Of a stretch of 64,000 nt of DNA, positions 39,917 through 49,209 are shown one piece after another; positions within the stretch are counted from its first letter, which is position 1, and the number at the start of each line of letters is the position of its first letter. The translations under genes and the position numbers were made by a program. The notes beneath the pieces were generated by a model. It ran no database searches. It saw only the letters and a list, made by a program, of their open reading frames with translations, and had not been told where the DNA came from. The DNA lies in assembly GCA_965243415.1 (NCBI GenBank), contig OZ251549.1:2555632-2619631 (forward strand), in the 5' to 3' direction. The stretch comes from Candidatus Marinacidobacterium sp. Lineage in GTDB: Bacteria > Acidobacteriota > Vicinamibacteria > Marinacidobacterales > Marinacidobacteraceae.

Positions 39917-40541
39917 TTATTCGGACCCCGGCTCGCCGACCGTCCCCCGGATGACCTCCCGCGCCCGCCGAACGAACGCCCGCAACGAGTGGTCGTTCCT
40001 CCCGGCCCGGTGCAGATCCATCTCGGCCACGACCTTCGGCGCGAACCCGCTGTCGTCGGAGCGACCGACCGGGTAGCGGCCCTTCCGAAGCGCATCCGCC
40101 AGGAGTTTCTGGTAGTGGCCGCGCTCGCACTTCTCCTGCCCGAGAGTCGGAGCGTGCCCAGGACCGGGCCGAGGCTCGAGGAGTCCGCCGGATACCACCG
40201 CTCGATATGCGGATCGGGACACGCCGCGACCAGCCGGTCGGCGAACGCCGCACCCGTGGTGTCCTCGATCACCTGGCGAGAGGCCGAGAAGGTGGAGCAG
40301 TTGCCGTCGATCGCCACGACGACCAGGTCCGGGGTGGGCTCGTCGGCCGGGACCGTAGATCGGGTCGTCCGGTACATCCCGTACTCGCGGAGCGCGACGC
40401 CGTGGCCACCACGCGCAGAGATCACCCTGATCCGCGCCGCTGCCCCCGCCTCTTCGCACAGGCCATGGAGCATCGGCGTGAGGAACAGTTGGTGCGCGCG
40501 GTCCTCGGCGAACACGACCACCTGGAGGCGGTTACTCGTTG
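39917..40541 (-). pseudogene. DUF4276-like protein, copy A, disrupted by a 1-nt frameshift near 40150 (or sequencing error in a G run)
   Basis: N-terminal frame gives VVVFAEDRAHQLFLTPMLHGLCEE...DLVVVAIDGNCSTF...AACPDPHIERWYPADSSSLGPVLG. The C-terminal part continues in another frame: TLGQEKCERGHYQKLLADALRKG...FAPKVVAEMDLHRAGRNDHSLRAFVRRAREVIRG. Both halves align to the intact paralog at 42505..43125. Start is GTG ~40541 or ATG 40587. Confidence 0.6.
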
Positions 40542-41794
40542 ATGTAGCCACGCAGCAACAGACCCTCGAACAATCCCTCTTCCCCACGGTTGGACAGAGC
40601 CTGCACGAGTTTGGGATCGTTCAACAGCGCGTCGGGAATCTCGAAGACCTCGACGGAGGTGTCCGACTCCGTCTCCCCGTTCGGGCGCCGCACATTCAGA
40701 AGCACGATATCGTCAGGATCGTCGGCCTTCCGCTGTTCCTGAAGCACGGTCGCCACGAACAGGGGTGAGTGTGTCGCGACGATGACCTGCCGTCTTCCGT
40801 GTTCGGCCAAGGACAGGAGGAGGTGGGCGAGATCTTCGACCCGGCGCGGATGAATTCCGTTCTCCGGTTCCTCGATGGTCACCAGACCGCCGACCTGCCA
40901 CGGATTCACGGACATGGCGCAGAACGCCAGGGCCCGGAGCGTGCCGTCGGACAGAAGGTGGGTCGAATAATCGATGCCTCCCTGGCGTGCGATGATGTTG
41001 AGCGTGCCGCGCATCGTGTCGAGGTCCATCGTGAGATCCTCGATGGAAGGAACGAGACCGCGGAGTTTCAGCACGAGAGACTCGTAGTAGTGCGGATGGG
41101 AGGCCCTGAGTTTGTACAGGAACGGCGCGATGGTCTGTCCATTCACGCCGATGTCGCGAACATCCGCCGGCCCGGTGGAGGCGCGCATGAGTGTCCTCGG
41201 TTCGAGGGCGTAGGGCCGCCAGGTTCGGAGTTCGGAGCGCAGCGCATCGAGGCGGTCGTAGCCGGGCCCGGACACACTGAGATCGGACACGATGGAGTGG
41301 CTGAGTCCGATCTCTTCGTATCGGGATGGGCGCGAACGCCGAGTCGAACGGACCAGGAGGCTCCCGTTCCGACTCTCGATGGTCGCCCTTGCGCCGCGGG
41401 GTCGCGTCTGGCAAAAGTACTCGTCGTCGACGACCGGAAATCCGGATGGCTGTGCGAGGCGGGTGGCGAGGCGGTAACGGAAAGAGCGCGGATCGGTCGC
41501 GATGTCGGCCTCGAGGCAAAAGGTCGGGTCGGGACAGTCCGGCTGCAACAGGGCCGGGAGCCCTCCGGAGGGGAAGGTGAAGGCCTCGAAAGGGTGTCCG
41601 CGGATGGGGAGGGGGCCGTCGAGAGCGTCGTGGATGGTCCGGGCGCTCGGCACCGCGGCCAGGAAGTTGACGGCTTCGAGGATGTTGCTCTTCCCGGCGG
41701 CGTTCGGCCCGAAGAGGACCGTCAGGCACCGGCCGGGCTCGATCGTGACTTCGCGGAGCGACTTGAAGCCACGGACGGTCAGGCGTTCGAGCAT
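40532..41794 (-). CDS. AAA_21/AAA_15-type ABC ATPase (SMC/RecF-like P-loop; OLD/Gabija/Septu-ATPase-like), copy A
   Basis: MLERLTVRGFKSLREVTIEPGRCLTVLFGPNAAGKSNILEAV is Walker A. LSDGTLRALAF is the signature motif, IEEPENGIHP Walker B/D-loop, and VATHSP the H-loop. 420 aa. Confidence 0.8.
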   Translation of the reverse strand: MLERLTVRGFKSLREVTIEPGRCLTVLFGPNAAGKSNILEAVNFLAAVPSARTIHDALDGPLPIRGHPFEAFTFPSGGLPALLQPDCPDPTFCLEADIATDPRSFRYRLATRLAQPSGFPVVDDEYFCQTRPRGARATIESRNGSLLVRSTRRSRPSRYEEIGLSHSIVSDLSVSGPGYDRLDALRSELRTWRPYALEPRTLMRASTGPADVRDIGVNGQTIAPFLYKLRASHPHYYESLVLKLRGLVPSIEDLTMDLDTMRGTLNIIARQGGIDYSTHLLSDGTLRALAFCAMSVNPWQVGGLVTIEEPENGIHPRRVEDLAHLLLSLAEHGRRQVIVATHSPLFVATVLQEQRKADDPDDIVLLNVRRPNGETESDTSVEVFEIPDALLNDPKLVQALSNRGEEGLFEGLLLRGYINE

Positions 41795-42267
41795 GGCAGT
41801 GCTTCAGGCATTGGATTCGCCGGATGGTAGCGCCGGCCCGGCCGGCGGAGGCGATGGCCGACTTCGGCGGGCGGCCGGCGACTCGGGGAGGCCTGGCTGC
41901 CGTGCGCCTCGGCAGCGATGGCGACAGCGGCCCGCTGTCGGGTACGCCGGGGAGGTGCGCGGCGCCACGGGAGCGGGAGATCCGGAGGCGCGTCCGGCCC
42001 TCCGCAATGGGCCGGCGGAGGCCCGAATCACGGGGCGACCCGTCGGCAAGTGCCATCGGCGTGCTCGGACCGCTACGGAGGGTCCCGAGGTGGCGCCGGC
42101 GGGGAACCTCGGACCGCAGGGCGCAGCGGTCGGAAACCGGGTGGCCGAGGTGGACCTTTGCCGCGGCGAGTCGACGCAGAGGGGCCATCACCCGGAGCGA
42201 CCGCTCGATGCGGCGAGTTCCGGCGCCGGAAGGCTGGGGCGCGATCCCGGGTACGGCCGGAGCGATA

Positions 42268-42440
42268 ACGAACGGCGTGGAAATCCACCTCCCCATCGCC
42301 CCGCGCAAACCCCGTGACCTCCGCCACGAACTCCTCGAAGTGATCGTGGAGATCGATTGCCTCGTCCGTGGGATGGACGAGGAATGGGAATCGCCCCCGA
42401 GTCCGACGACGCGGTCACCACCGAAAACCGCTGCCGGCCG
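42268..42440 (+). pseudogene. degenerate duplicated remnant of the 3' end of the S9 peptidase gene
   Basis: Translates NGVEIHLPIAPRKPRDLRHELLEVIVEIDCLVRGMDEEWESPP. The peptidase C-terminus at 39605-39800 is NGVETHLYIAPREPHGWRELRHELFKVNVEIDWFERHVRGMDYEWETAP. It marks the left edge of the duplicated module. Confidence 0.6.
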
Positions 42441-42504
42441 CCCGACCACTCCGGCCGGCGCCTCCGCGCCGGCCGGCCCGAATGAGCCGGGGTCGCTGAC
42501 CGGT

Positions 42505-43125
42505 TCAGTCCGCCGACAGCGATCGCTGCCGGAGGAACTTCTTTCTCAGGTCCGTGAGGAACGCTCCGAGCGACCGGCAGTTCTTGCCCGCCCGGTACAG
42601 CCGCATCGCCGCCACGACTTCGGGTGCGAACTCCCGTCCGTGCAGCAGCGTCGGCGGATGGCCGGCGCCCCGGATCGTGTCGGCCAGGATCTTCTTGTAG
42701 TGGGCTCGCTCGCACTTCTGACGACCGAGGGAAGGCGCCCTGCCGACGACGGCGGCGAACGACTGCGGATCGGCCATGAGCCATCTCTCGATGTGGGGGT
42801 CCGGGCACGCCGCGACCAACCGGGGCGCGAAGGCCGGCAGCACGATCTCCTCGATACTCTGCTTCGTCTTGGCGAAGGTCGCACAGTTCCCGTCGAGCGC
42901 GACGACCACGAGGTCGAACGGCGCCACCGCCGCCGGGAACAACGCTGCCGTCTCCTGCCACGCCCGGAACTGGCTGAGCGCCCGCGGGCGCCCGCCCTCC
43001 GCCGACAGGATCTGCGTGGCGACCGACACCTCCAGCGATTCCGCGACCCGACCCACCAGCGGAACCAGGAATGCGGCGTGGGCGGAGTCTTCGGCGAAGA
43101 CGGCGACCCGAATCGGATCAGGCAT
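42505..43125 (-). CDS. DUF4276-like protein, copy B (intact, 206 aa)
   Basis: MPDPIRVAVFAEDSAHAAFLVPLV...DLVVVALDGNCATF...AACPDPHIERWLMADP...GRQKCERAHYKKILADTIRG...FAPEVVAAMRLYRAGKNCRSLGAFLTDLRK. The conserved acidic N-terminus, DGNC and CPDPHIERW blocks are shared with copy A. Family name is from recollection of DUF4276 and not verified. Confidence 0.65.
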   Translation of the reverse strand: MPDPIRVAVFAEDSAHAAFLVPLVGRVAESLEVSVATQILSAEGGRPRALSQFRAWQETAALFPAAVAPFDLVVVALDGNCATFAKTKQSIEEIVLPAFAPRLVAACPDPHIERWLMADPQSFAAVVGRAPSLGRQKCERAHYKKILADTIRGAGHPPTLLHGREFAPEVVAAMRLYRAGKNCRSLGAFLTDLRKKFLRQRSLSAD

Positions 43126-43255
43126 CGAGGATTCCCCGGAGGATCAGGGATTCGACGACCCCCTGCTCTCCCCGGTCCGCCAGCGCGCCGGCGATCCGCT
43201 CGTCCTCGAACAGGGCGTCCGGAGGATCGAACGGCTTGACGGTCGTTCGATCGTC

Positions 43256-44368
43256 CTACGACCCGACCTGGAGGAGCCGTACGCCGTCGGGGTCGTCACT
43301 CCGGCGTTTCGCCCGGACGATCCGGCCCACGAAGAGCGGAGAATGCGTGGTGACGATGACCTGGCGGTCCTGCTGCTCGCCGAACGACAGGAGGAGGTCG
43401 GCGATCTGCTCCAGCCGACGCGGATGCACTCCGTTCTCCGGTTCCTCGATGCCGACGAGTCCCTCCTCGATCCACGGATTCCTGGTGAGGGCGCACAGCG
43501 CGAGGATCCGCAGTGTCCCTTCGGACACGATCCGGGAGGAGTACTCGATCCCGTCCTGCCGGAAGAGGAGATCGAGGTTTCCTCTCCGTTCGTTCAGGGC
43601 CAGGGTGAAGGCGTCCATGCCGGGTACGAGTTGCCGGAGCATTCGGACGACGGAGGCGTAGTACTTCGGCTTCGCGGCATGCATTCGGTACAGATACGAA
43701 CCGATGAATTCGCCGTGAACGCCGATGTCGAGGAAGTCCCCCGGAAACTGTTCGGCCCGCATACGGAACTGCGGTTCGACGGCATAGATTCGCCAGCGCT
43801 CGAACTCCCTGCGCAAGCGATCCAGTGCTTCGTATCCGGCGCCGGAGTAGCGGCGATCGGACAGGATCGAACCGCGGGCGCCGACGGATTCCCGTTTGGG
43901 TTCGCGCGATCCCTTCCGGCGTATGAGGATCTGACCATCGCGCGTCCGGATGCTGGGGAAACGGTCGGGGTCGGGCCGCGTCTCTGCCAGGTATTCGTCG
44001 GCGACTCCGATGGCGCCGATACGCGGGTCCAGCCGTGCAGAGAGGCGATACTCGTACGCGGTGGCACTCGTCGAGATGGCGGCTTCCAGGGTGAAGGACG
44101 GGCTGGCCCGGTCCGCTTTCAGAAGCGCGGGAAGACCCTCGTCCGGATAGGAAAAACACTCGGCGGGGTGGCCGCGGACCGGGGAATTCGCACCCAACGC
44201 TTCCTGGAGGGTGGGGGCGCGACTCATGACGGACAACACCTGGGCCGCCTCCAGGAGGTTGCTCTTCCCGGCGGCGTTCGGCCCGAAGAGGACCGTGAGG
44301 TGTCTTCCGGGCTCGATCGTGACCTCGCGGAGCGACTTGAAGCCGCGGACGGTCAGGCGTTCGAGCAT
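43256..44368 (-). CDS. AAA_21/AAA_15-type ABC ATPase, copy B
   Basis: Internal ATG gives MLERLTVRGFKSLREVTIEPGRHLTVLFGPNAAGKSNLLEAA, then SEGTLRILAL, IEEPENGVHP and VTTHSP. Roughly 50-60% identical to copy A. The ORF-track N-terminal 40 aa are low-complexity. Confidence 0.8.
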   Translation of the reverse strand: MLERLTVRGFKSLREVTIEPGRHLTVLFGPNAAGKSNLLEAAQVLSVMSRAPTLQEALGANSPVRGHPAECFSYPDEGLPALLKADRASPSFTLEAAISTSATAYEYRLSARLDPRIGAIGVADEYLAETRPDPDRFPSIRTRDGQILIRRKGSREPKRESVGARGSILSDRRYSGAGYEALDRLRREFERWRIYAVEPQFRMRAEQFPGDFLDIGVHGEFIGSYLYRMHAAKPKYYASVVRMLRQLVPGMDAFTLALNERRGNLDLLFRQDGIEYSSRIVSEGTLRILALCALTRNPWIEEGLVGIEEPENGVHPRRLEQIADLLLSFGEQQDRQVIVTTHSPLFVGRIVRAKRRSDDPDGVRLLQVGS

Positions 44369-44405
44369 CGGGCAGCGCGTTCTCGACCGCAGGGTAGCCC
44401 GGGGG

Positions 44406-45581
44406 TCAGCGAGTGGTGGCGGGCGAAGCCAAGGCGGTTTCGGCGAGGCGGCGGGCGGCTTCGGGGAGGCCCTGGCCGCTCTGGACATTCGCGGTCAGCG
44501 CCACGGCGAGGCCGCGTTCGGGGAGGCGGAGGAGGTGGGTGGTGCCGCCGGTGGCGCCGCCGGAGTGGGAGATCCAGAGGCCCGCCGCGTCCTCGGCGAT
44601 CCGCCAGCCGAGACCGTACTCACTCAGCGTGCCGTCGGCGAGTTCCATCGGGGTCGTCATCCGGCCGTGGGTTTCGGCGGAGATGATCGCCCCGGCGTCC
44701 AGCGCCAGCGCGAACCGCACCAGGTCCGGCGCGGTGGAGATCATGCCGCCGCCGGCCCACTTGATGGAGAGGTCGGCGAAGGGCGCGTTCCGCACCCAGG
44801 GGGCGTCCTCCGACTTCACATACTGGCGGACGCGGTTCGGCACGATGTCGCCCTGGTGTTCGAGGTAGGTCGCCTCCATCCCGGAGGGCCCCCAGAGGTT
44901 GTCCTGCAGGTAGTCGTCGAAGGACTGCCCGGCGACGGACTCCACCATTCCGGCGAGCAGGTTGTAGGCGTAGGTCGAGTAGGAATACTGCGTTCCCGGC
45001 TCGAAGAGCAGCGGGTCGTCGCGGAAGATGGCGGTGCCCGCTTCCACGGTGTCGAAGTGGTCTTTCAGGTCGAACTCACCCTCGTTGTAGTGGCGGATCC
45101 CGGAGGTATGCGTCATCAGGTGGCGCACGGTGACCGGGTATTCCTTCTCCGGGAACGACGGGAAGTACTCCTGGATCGTCCGGTCTATGTCGAGGACCCC
45201 CTGTTCGGCGAGGTGCATGATCGCGGTGGCGGCGATGGGCTTCGAGATGGAGGCGATCCGGTACACGCTGTCCGCGGTCGCCGGGACGCCGTTCTCGATG
45301 TCGGCGAGACCGGAGCCGCCGCTCCAGGTCAGCACGCCGTCCACCGCCACCGCGGCGGAGAGGCCCGGGCTGCCGGCGGCGTCGCGCGCTTCCTCGACGA
45401 TGGCGGCGAACTCCAGGTCGCGCTGGGCGGTCGGATCCGGCGCCGAACAGCCGACGACGCCCGCCGCGAAGAACGCCGCGAACGCGACCGACGGGAGGGA
45501 GAACGAGGCGAAGCCCCTCGTGGCGGCAGCGCGGGGAACGGCAGTGCGGGAAACGACGGGGCGAATCGGGAGAGCGGTCAT
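44406..45581 (-). CDS. serine hydrolase (class C beta-lactamase/esterase-like) lipoprotein
   Basis: Lipoprotein signal ...FFAAGVVGCSAP. SISK (S-x-x-K) in YRIASISKPIAATAI, a YSN-like YSTYAYN and HSGGATGG. Start ATG verified. ATGA overlap with the upstream dipeptidase stop. Confidence 0.85.
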   Translation of the reverse strand: MTALPIRPVVSRTAVPRAAATRGFASFSLPSVAFAAFFAAGVVGCSAPDPTAQRDLEFAAIVEEARDAAGSPGLSAAVAVDGVLTWSGGSGLADIENGVPATADSVYRIASISKPIAATAIMHLAEQGVLDIDRTIQEYFPSFPEKEYPVTVRHLMTHTSGIRHYNEGEFDLKDHFDTVEAGTAIFRDDPLLFEPGTQYSYSTYAYNLLAGMVESVAGQSFDDYLQDNLWGPSGMEATYLEHQGDIVPNRVRQYVKSEDAPWVRNAPFADLSIKWAGGGMISTAPDLVRFALALDAGAIISAETHGRMTTPMELADGTLSEYGLGWRIAEDAAGLWISHSGGATGGTTHLLRLPERGLAVALTANVQSGQGLPEAARRLAETALASPATTR

Positions 45582-47722
45582 CGGAAATGTCCTCCTGTGG
45601 CGGAAAGGCCGCCGGCGGGTTCGGGGGATGGTTCGGGCGGCGGGCGCGGGATTTCGGAATCGGGGAGAGGGACGGTCGCTGCGCCCCGGACGCGCTCGAA
45701 GTTGCCGCCGAGAACCGCGTCCACCTCGGCGTCGGCGAAACCGGCCTCGGCGAGCGCGGCGAAGTTCTCGTCCTCCCGGAGTCCGGCGCTGTGGGCGGAC
45801 CTGCCGCGCCGGTTGTTCCCGATCCGGATCCGGATGCTGCTGCCTCCGCGAGCGACAGTCCGCCGCACCGGTCGGGGGACGAAGGCGGCCACTGCGGGGA
45901 CCGGACCGCCGCCGACCCGGCCGCCGGCAGGTTCGGGGGATGGTTCGGGCGGCGGACGCTGGGTTTCGGATCCGGGGAGATGGGCGGTCGCCGCAGTCCA
46001 TACCCGCTCGAAGTTGCCCCCGAGGACGGCGTCCACCTCGGCGTCGGCGAAACCGGCTTCGGGGAGCGCGGCGGAGTTCTCGTCCTCCCCGAGTCCGGCC
46101 CCGTGGGCGGACCTGCCGCGCCGGTCGCTCCCGATCCCGATGCTGCTGCCTCCGCGAGCGACAGTCCGCCGCACCGGTCGGGGGACGAAAGCGGCCACTG
46201 CGGGGACCGGACCGCCGCCGACCCGGCCGCCGGCGGGTTCTGGGGATGGTTCGGGCGGCGGACGCCGGGTTTCGGATCCGGGGAGATGGGCGGTCGCCGC
46301 GGTCCACACCCGCTCGAAGTTCCCCCCGAGGACGGCATCCACCTCGGCGGCGGCGAAACCGGCCTCGGCGAGCGCCTCCGCGATGGCTTCGAAGTCCGCC
46401 TCGTCCCCGAACCCTTCGCTGTAGGCGGACATGCCCCGCAGGTCACTCCCGATCCCGGCGCTGCCCGGGCCGCCGAGATCGGTCACGCGCCGCACATGCC
46501 GGGCGAGGTCGGCCACCGTCGGAACCAGACCGGCATTCGGCCAGATCCCGAGGACGCCGCCGGCTTCGGCGATGGCCCGGATCTCCGGATCGCGCAGGTG
46601 CCGGTCGTGCTCGCGCAGCGCGAACGAACCGGTATGGCTGAACACCACCGGCGCGGTGGAGAGCGCCAGCGTGTCCCGGATCGTCTCCGGGTTCGCGTGC
46701 GCCAGGTCGAGGACGATCCCCAGCCGGTTGCACTCGCGCACCACCTCCCGACCGAACTCGGTGAGCCCGCCCGGCGTGTAGGGCCAGGTCTGGATGTGCC
46801 CCAGCCCGTTCGCCCGGAAGTGCACGAGTTGCAGCAGCGCGAGCCCCATTCCGTGGAGTTCCCGCAACCGCTCGATATCTCCTTCCAGCGAGTCCGCGCC
46901 TTCGACCGCCGGGAGGATCGCCAGCGCGCCGGCGTCCCGCGCCCGCCGGGCCTCCGCCGGCGTCCGGACGAAGACCGCGTTCGCCTCGGCGACGGTCCGG
47001 GTCAGCCGCTCGAACCGGTCGAGCGTGTAGGCCCAGGGTTCCCCCGGTTCCGGTCGGCGGTCGCCGGACTCGATCCTCGTTCCGTCACGCAGCACATAGC
47101 CGCCCCGGTAGGGAGTGTCGGTGCTGATCGTCGCCACGACAGCGTCCATGCCGCGGTCGAGATAGCGGGCGATCTCCTCGTCGCTGATCCGCGGCACATT
47201 CGCGCGGTGGAACCGGGACGGATGCGCGTGGATGTCCACCCGCAGCGGCCGTTCCCCGTCCTCCTGCCGCACCCCGGTGCGGTCCTCCGGGAGGACGGCC
47301 CCGACCGGCAGGCCCCGGTGCGCCGGCCCGCCCCCGGCAACGGGTATGGAGCGGGGCATGAAGGGGGGAATGAACGGGGAACCGAAAACGGAACGGGGCC
47401 GCCCCGAAGCAGGGTTCGAAGCAGGCCCCGGCACGACCACCGGAATGAAGGCGGAACCGAATGCGGAACCGCCGACCGAACCGCCCACGAAACCGATTTT
47501 CGTCGAGCCGCCGACCGCCGAACCGCCGGCTGACGAACCGCCCACTGACGAACCGATGGCCGCCGAGCCGCCGCCCGACGAACCGACCGCCGCCGAACCG
47601 ACCGCCCCGCCGAACCCCGCCGCCGCGCCGGCGGAAACCAGCAGGGCCCCGGCGAGCGCCGCCCGCCCACGCCTCCGCGACCCGAACCGCTGACGCCCGG
47701 CCGCCGGCCCTCCCCCCGACAC
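45578..47722 (-). CDS. membrane dipeptidase (peptidase M19) with candidate Tat signal, Gly/Ser-rich linker and triplicated C-terminal segment
   Basis: M19 core DIHAHPSRF, VHFRANGLG, LDLAHANPE, VFSHTGSFAL and IGSDLRG. Upstream in frame are RRRGRAALAGALLVSAGAAAG (Tat-like) and a GGS-rich linker. A GTG start is proposed at 47722. The 3' ~780 nt are three in-frame tandem copies of the last ~86 codons. Confidence 0.7.
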   Translation of the reverse strand: MSGGGPAAGRQRFGSRRRGRAALAGALLVSAGAAAGFGGAVGSAAVGSSGGGSAAIGSSVGGSSAGGSAVGGSTKIGFVGGSVGGSAFGSAFIPVVVPGPASNPASGRPRSVFGSPFIPPFMPRSIPVAGGGPAHRGLPVGAVLPEDRTGVRQEDGERPLRVDIHAHPSRFHRANVPRISDEEIARYLDRGMDAVVATISTDTPYRGGYVLRDGTRIESGDRRPEPGEPWAYTLDRFERLTRTVAEANAVFVRTPAEARRARDAGALAILPAVEGADSLEGDIERLRELHGMGLALLQLVHFRANGLGHIQTWPYTPGGLTEFGREVVRECNRLGIVLDLAHANPETIRDTLALSTAPVVFSHTGSFALREHDRHLRDPEIRAIAEAGGVLGIWPNAGLVPTVADLARHVRRVTDLGGPGSAGIGSDLRGMSAYSEGFGDEADFEAIAEALAEAGFAAAEVDAVLGGNFERVWTAATAHLPGSETRRPPPEPSPEPAGGRVGGGPVPAVAAFVPRPVRRTVARGGSSIGIGSDRRGRSAHGAGLGEDENSAALPEAGFADAEVDAVLGGNFERVWTAATAHLPGSETQRPPPEPSPEPAGGRVGGGPVPAVAAFVPRPVRRTVARGGSSIRIRIGNNRRGRSAHSAGLREDENFAALAEAGFADAEVDAVLGGNFERVRGAATVPLPDSEIPRPPPEPSPEPAGGLSATGGHFR
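45600..46400. repeat. ~258-bp tandem repeat x3 inside the 3' end of the M19 dipeptidase ORF
   Basis: Protein-level copies: ...EADFEAIAEALAEAGFAAAEVDAVLGGNFERVWTAATAHLPGSETRRPPPEPSPEPAGGRVGGGPVPAVAAFVPRPVRRTVARGGSS, then ...AGFADAEVDAVLGGNFERVWTAATAHLPGSETQRPPPEPSPEPAGG..., then ...AGFADAEVDAVLGGNFERVRGAATVPLPDSEIPRPPPEPSPEPAGG. DNA copies are ~90% identical. Confidence 0.8.
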
Positions 47723-47804
47723 GGCTACGACGACCGCTCCTCCGCGGCGAGGTCCGGGGGCGCGCCGAGCCTCGCTCCGAACCCGCCCCCCGACACCGCT
47801 GCGA

Positions 47805-49205
47805 CTACTGCTCGTCGGTCGCGACTTCCGGCAGCACCACCCGCGCCACGCCGTCCCGGACCTCGAACTTCGTCCCGTACGGCTCCGAAAGCCGCACCAC
47901 ATCCTGCAGGATCTTGTCGGCGAGCGCGCCCTTCGCCATCATCGGCCGGCCCCGCACCGAAACCGGTTTCCCGTGGCCGAGCGTGATCGGATGGAGCGTC
48001 AGGTTCGCCAGTTGCGACCCGCGCCACTCGGGAACCGCGACCACCGCTTCCCAGATCTCCGGGATCGCCGGGAAACCCACGGTGTCGTTCCGATACCGGG
48101 CGGCGTTGAAGTCGGCCAGCCCGTCCATCTCCCCCAGCCCGTATCGCTGGTAGTTCTCGTACGGCAGCCGCTCCAGCGTCTCGTTCTGGAAGAGGAAGTC
48201 CCCGAGGCTGTAGAGGATCGGCGCCCCCTTGTAGATCTCGATGGCGCGCAGCACATGCGGCCCGTGTCCCACGAACACCGACGCCCCGGCGTCCACCATC
48301 GCCCGGGCGAAAGTAACCAGGAACTGCGCCGGCAGGAAACGGCTCCCGGCGCCCTCGTGGGCGTGGATGGTCACCATCACATACTCGGCCAGGCGGCTGG
48401 CGTTGTTCACCACCGAGGCGATCTCCGCCATATCGCCGGCGTGCGGCTCGGTGCGGATCCCGGGGGCGTCGGCGACCTCGAACCGCTGGCGCAGGAAGGT
48501 CAGCGTGTCGCCGCTCTCCGGGGGATCCATATCCAGGCCGCGCATCGTTTCGCGCACGCCTTCGATCTGCTCCCGCGTCACCAGGTAGGTCGTGGTATGC
48601 CGCAGCGGGTTCAGCCCCGGCCGCGCCGGGATGTCGTCCCGCGACCGGCCGGCCATCGAATGGAGCGGGAAGGTCGAGGACACCGAGATCAGCGCCAGCC
48701 GCCCGTGCTTGGTCTCGACGAACTTCGCCGCCCGCGCTTCGGCCAGACTCCCGCCGACCCCGGCCGCGACGATGCCCGCTTCGCGCACATATTTCTGCGT
48801 CATCAGCATCGCCGGCGGCCCGTAGTCCCCGGAGTGGTTGTTCGCCAGCGATCCCAGGTCGAAACCGGCCCAGGCGAACTCGGAGACCAACTCCGGCTGG
48901 GCGCGCATGTAGGTGCCGCCGCTGGAACTCATCGGGTAGGTCTCGTAGTCGTGGAACAGCATCTCCACATTGGTGAAGGCCAGGTCCGCGCCCCGGATGA
49001 GTTCGATCATCTCCAGGAACTCCGGCTCCTCGTACACGCTCATCTTCCGGGTGATGATCGAGTCGCCGGTGAGCGCCAGCCGCAGCCCGTCCTGGGCGCC
49101 CACGGCGGCGGCGAGGCCCAGGCAGCCGCAGAAGGCGAGGGCGAAGGCGGCGAACCGCCGGAACCGGGAGCGCGGGTCCGCGCCGTCACGGGTGATCTCA
49201 GTCAT
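47805..49205 (-). CDS. CapA-family (PGA_cap) metallophosphatase-like protein with signal peptide
   Basis: MTEITRDG...FAAFALAFCGCLGLAAAVGAQD is a signal. LALTGDSIITRK, GFDLGSLANNHSGDYG and MVTIHAHEG match the CapA/calcineurin-like fold. ATG verified at 49205. Confidence 0.8.
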   Translation of the reverse strand: MTEITRDGADPRSRFRRFAAFALAFCGCLGLAAAVGAQDGLRLALTGDSIITRKMSVYEEPEFLEMIELIRGADLAFTNVEMLFHDYETYPMSSSGGTYMRAQPELVSEFAWAGFDLGSLANNHSGDYGPPAMLMTQKYVREAGIVAAGVGGSLAEARAAKFVETKHGRLALISVSSTFPLHSMAGRSRDDIPARPGLNPLRHTTTYLVTREQIEGVRETMRGLDMDPPESGDTLTFLRQRFEVADAPGIRTEPHAGDMAEIASVVNNASRLAEYVMVTIHAHEGAGSRFLPAQFLVTFARAMVDAGASVFVGHGPHVLRAIEIYKGAPILYSLGDFLFQNETLERLPYENYQRYGLGEMDGLADFNAARYRNDTVGFPAIPEIWEAVVAVPEWRGSQLANLTLHPITLGHGKPVSVRGRPMMAKGALADKILQDVVRLSEPYGTKFEVRDGVARVVLPEVATDEQ

Positions 49206-49209
49206 GGTG

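Noticed and set aside
36801-40253. 1150-aa minus-strand ORF and the 36358..37629 / 36794..37471 / 36905..37654 ORFs
   Set aside because: They run through the 175-bp tandem repeat, giving repetitive artefacts, and then run antisense to the S9 peptidase gene.
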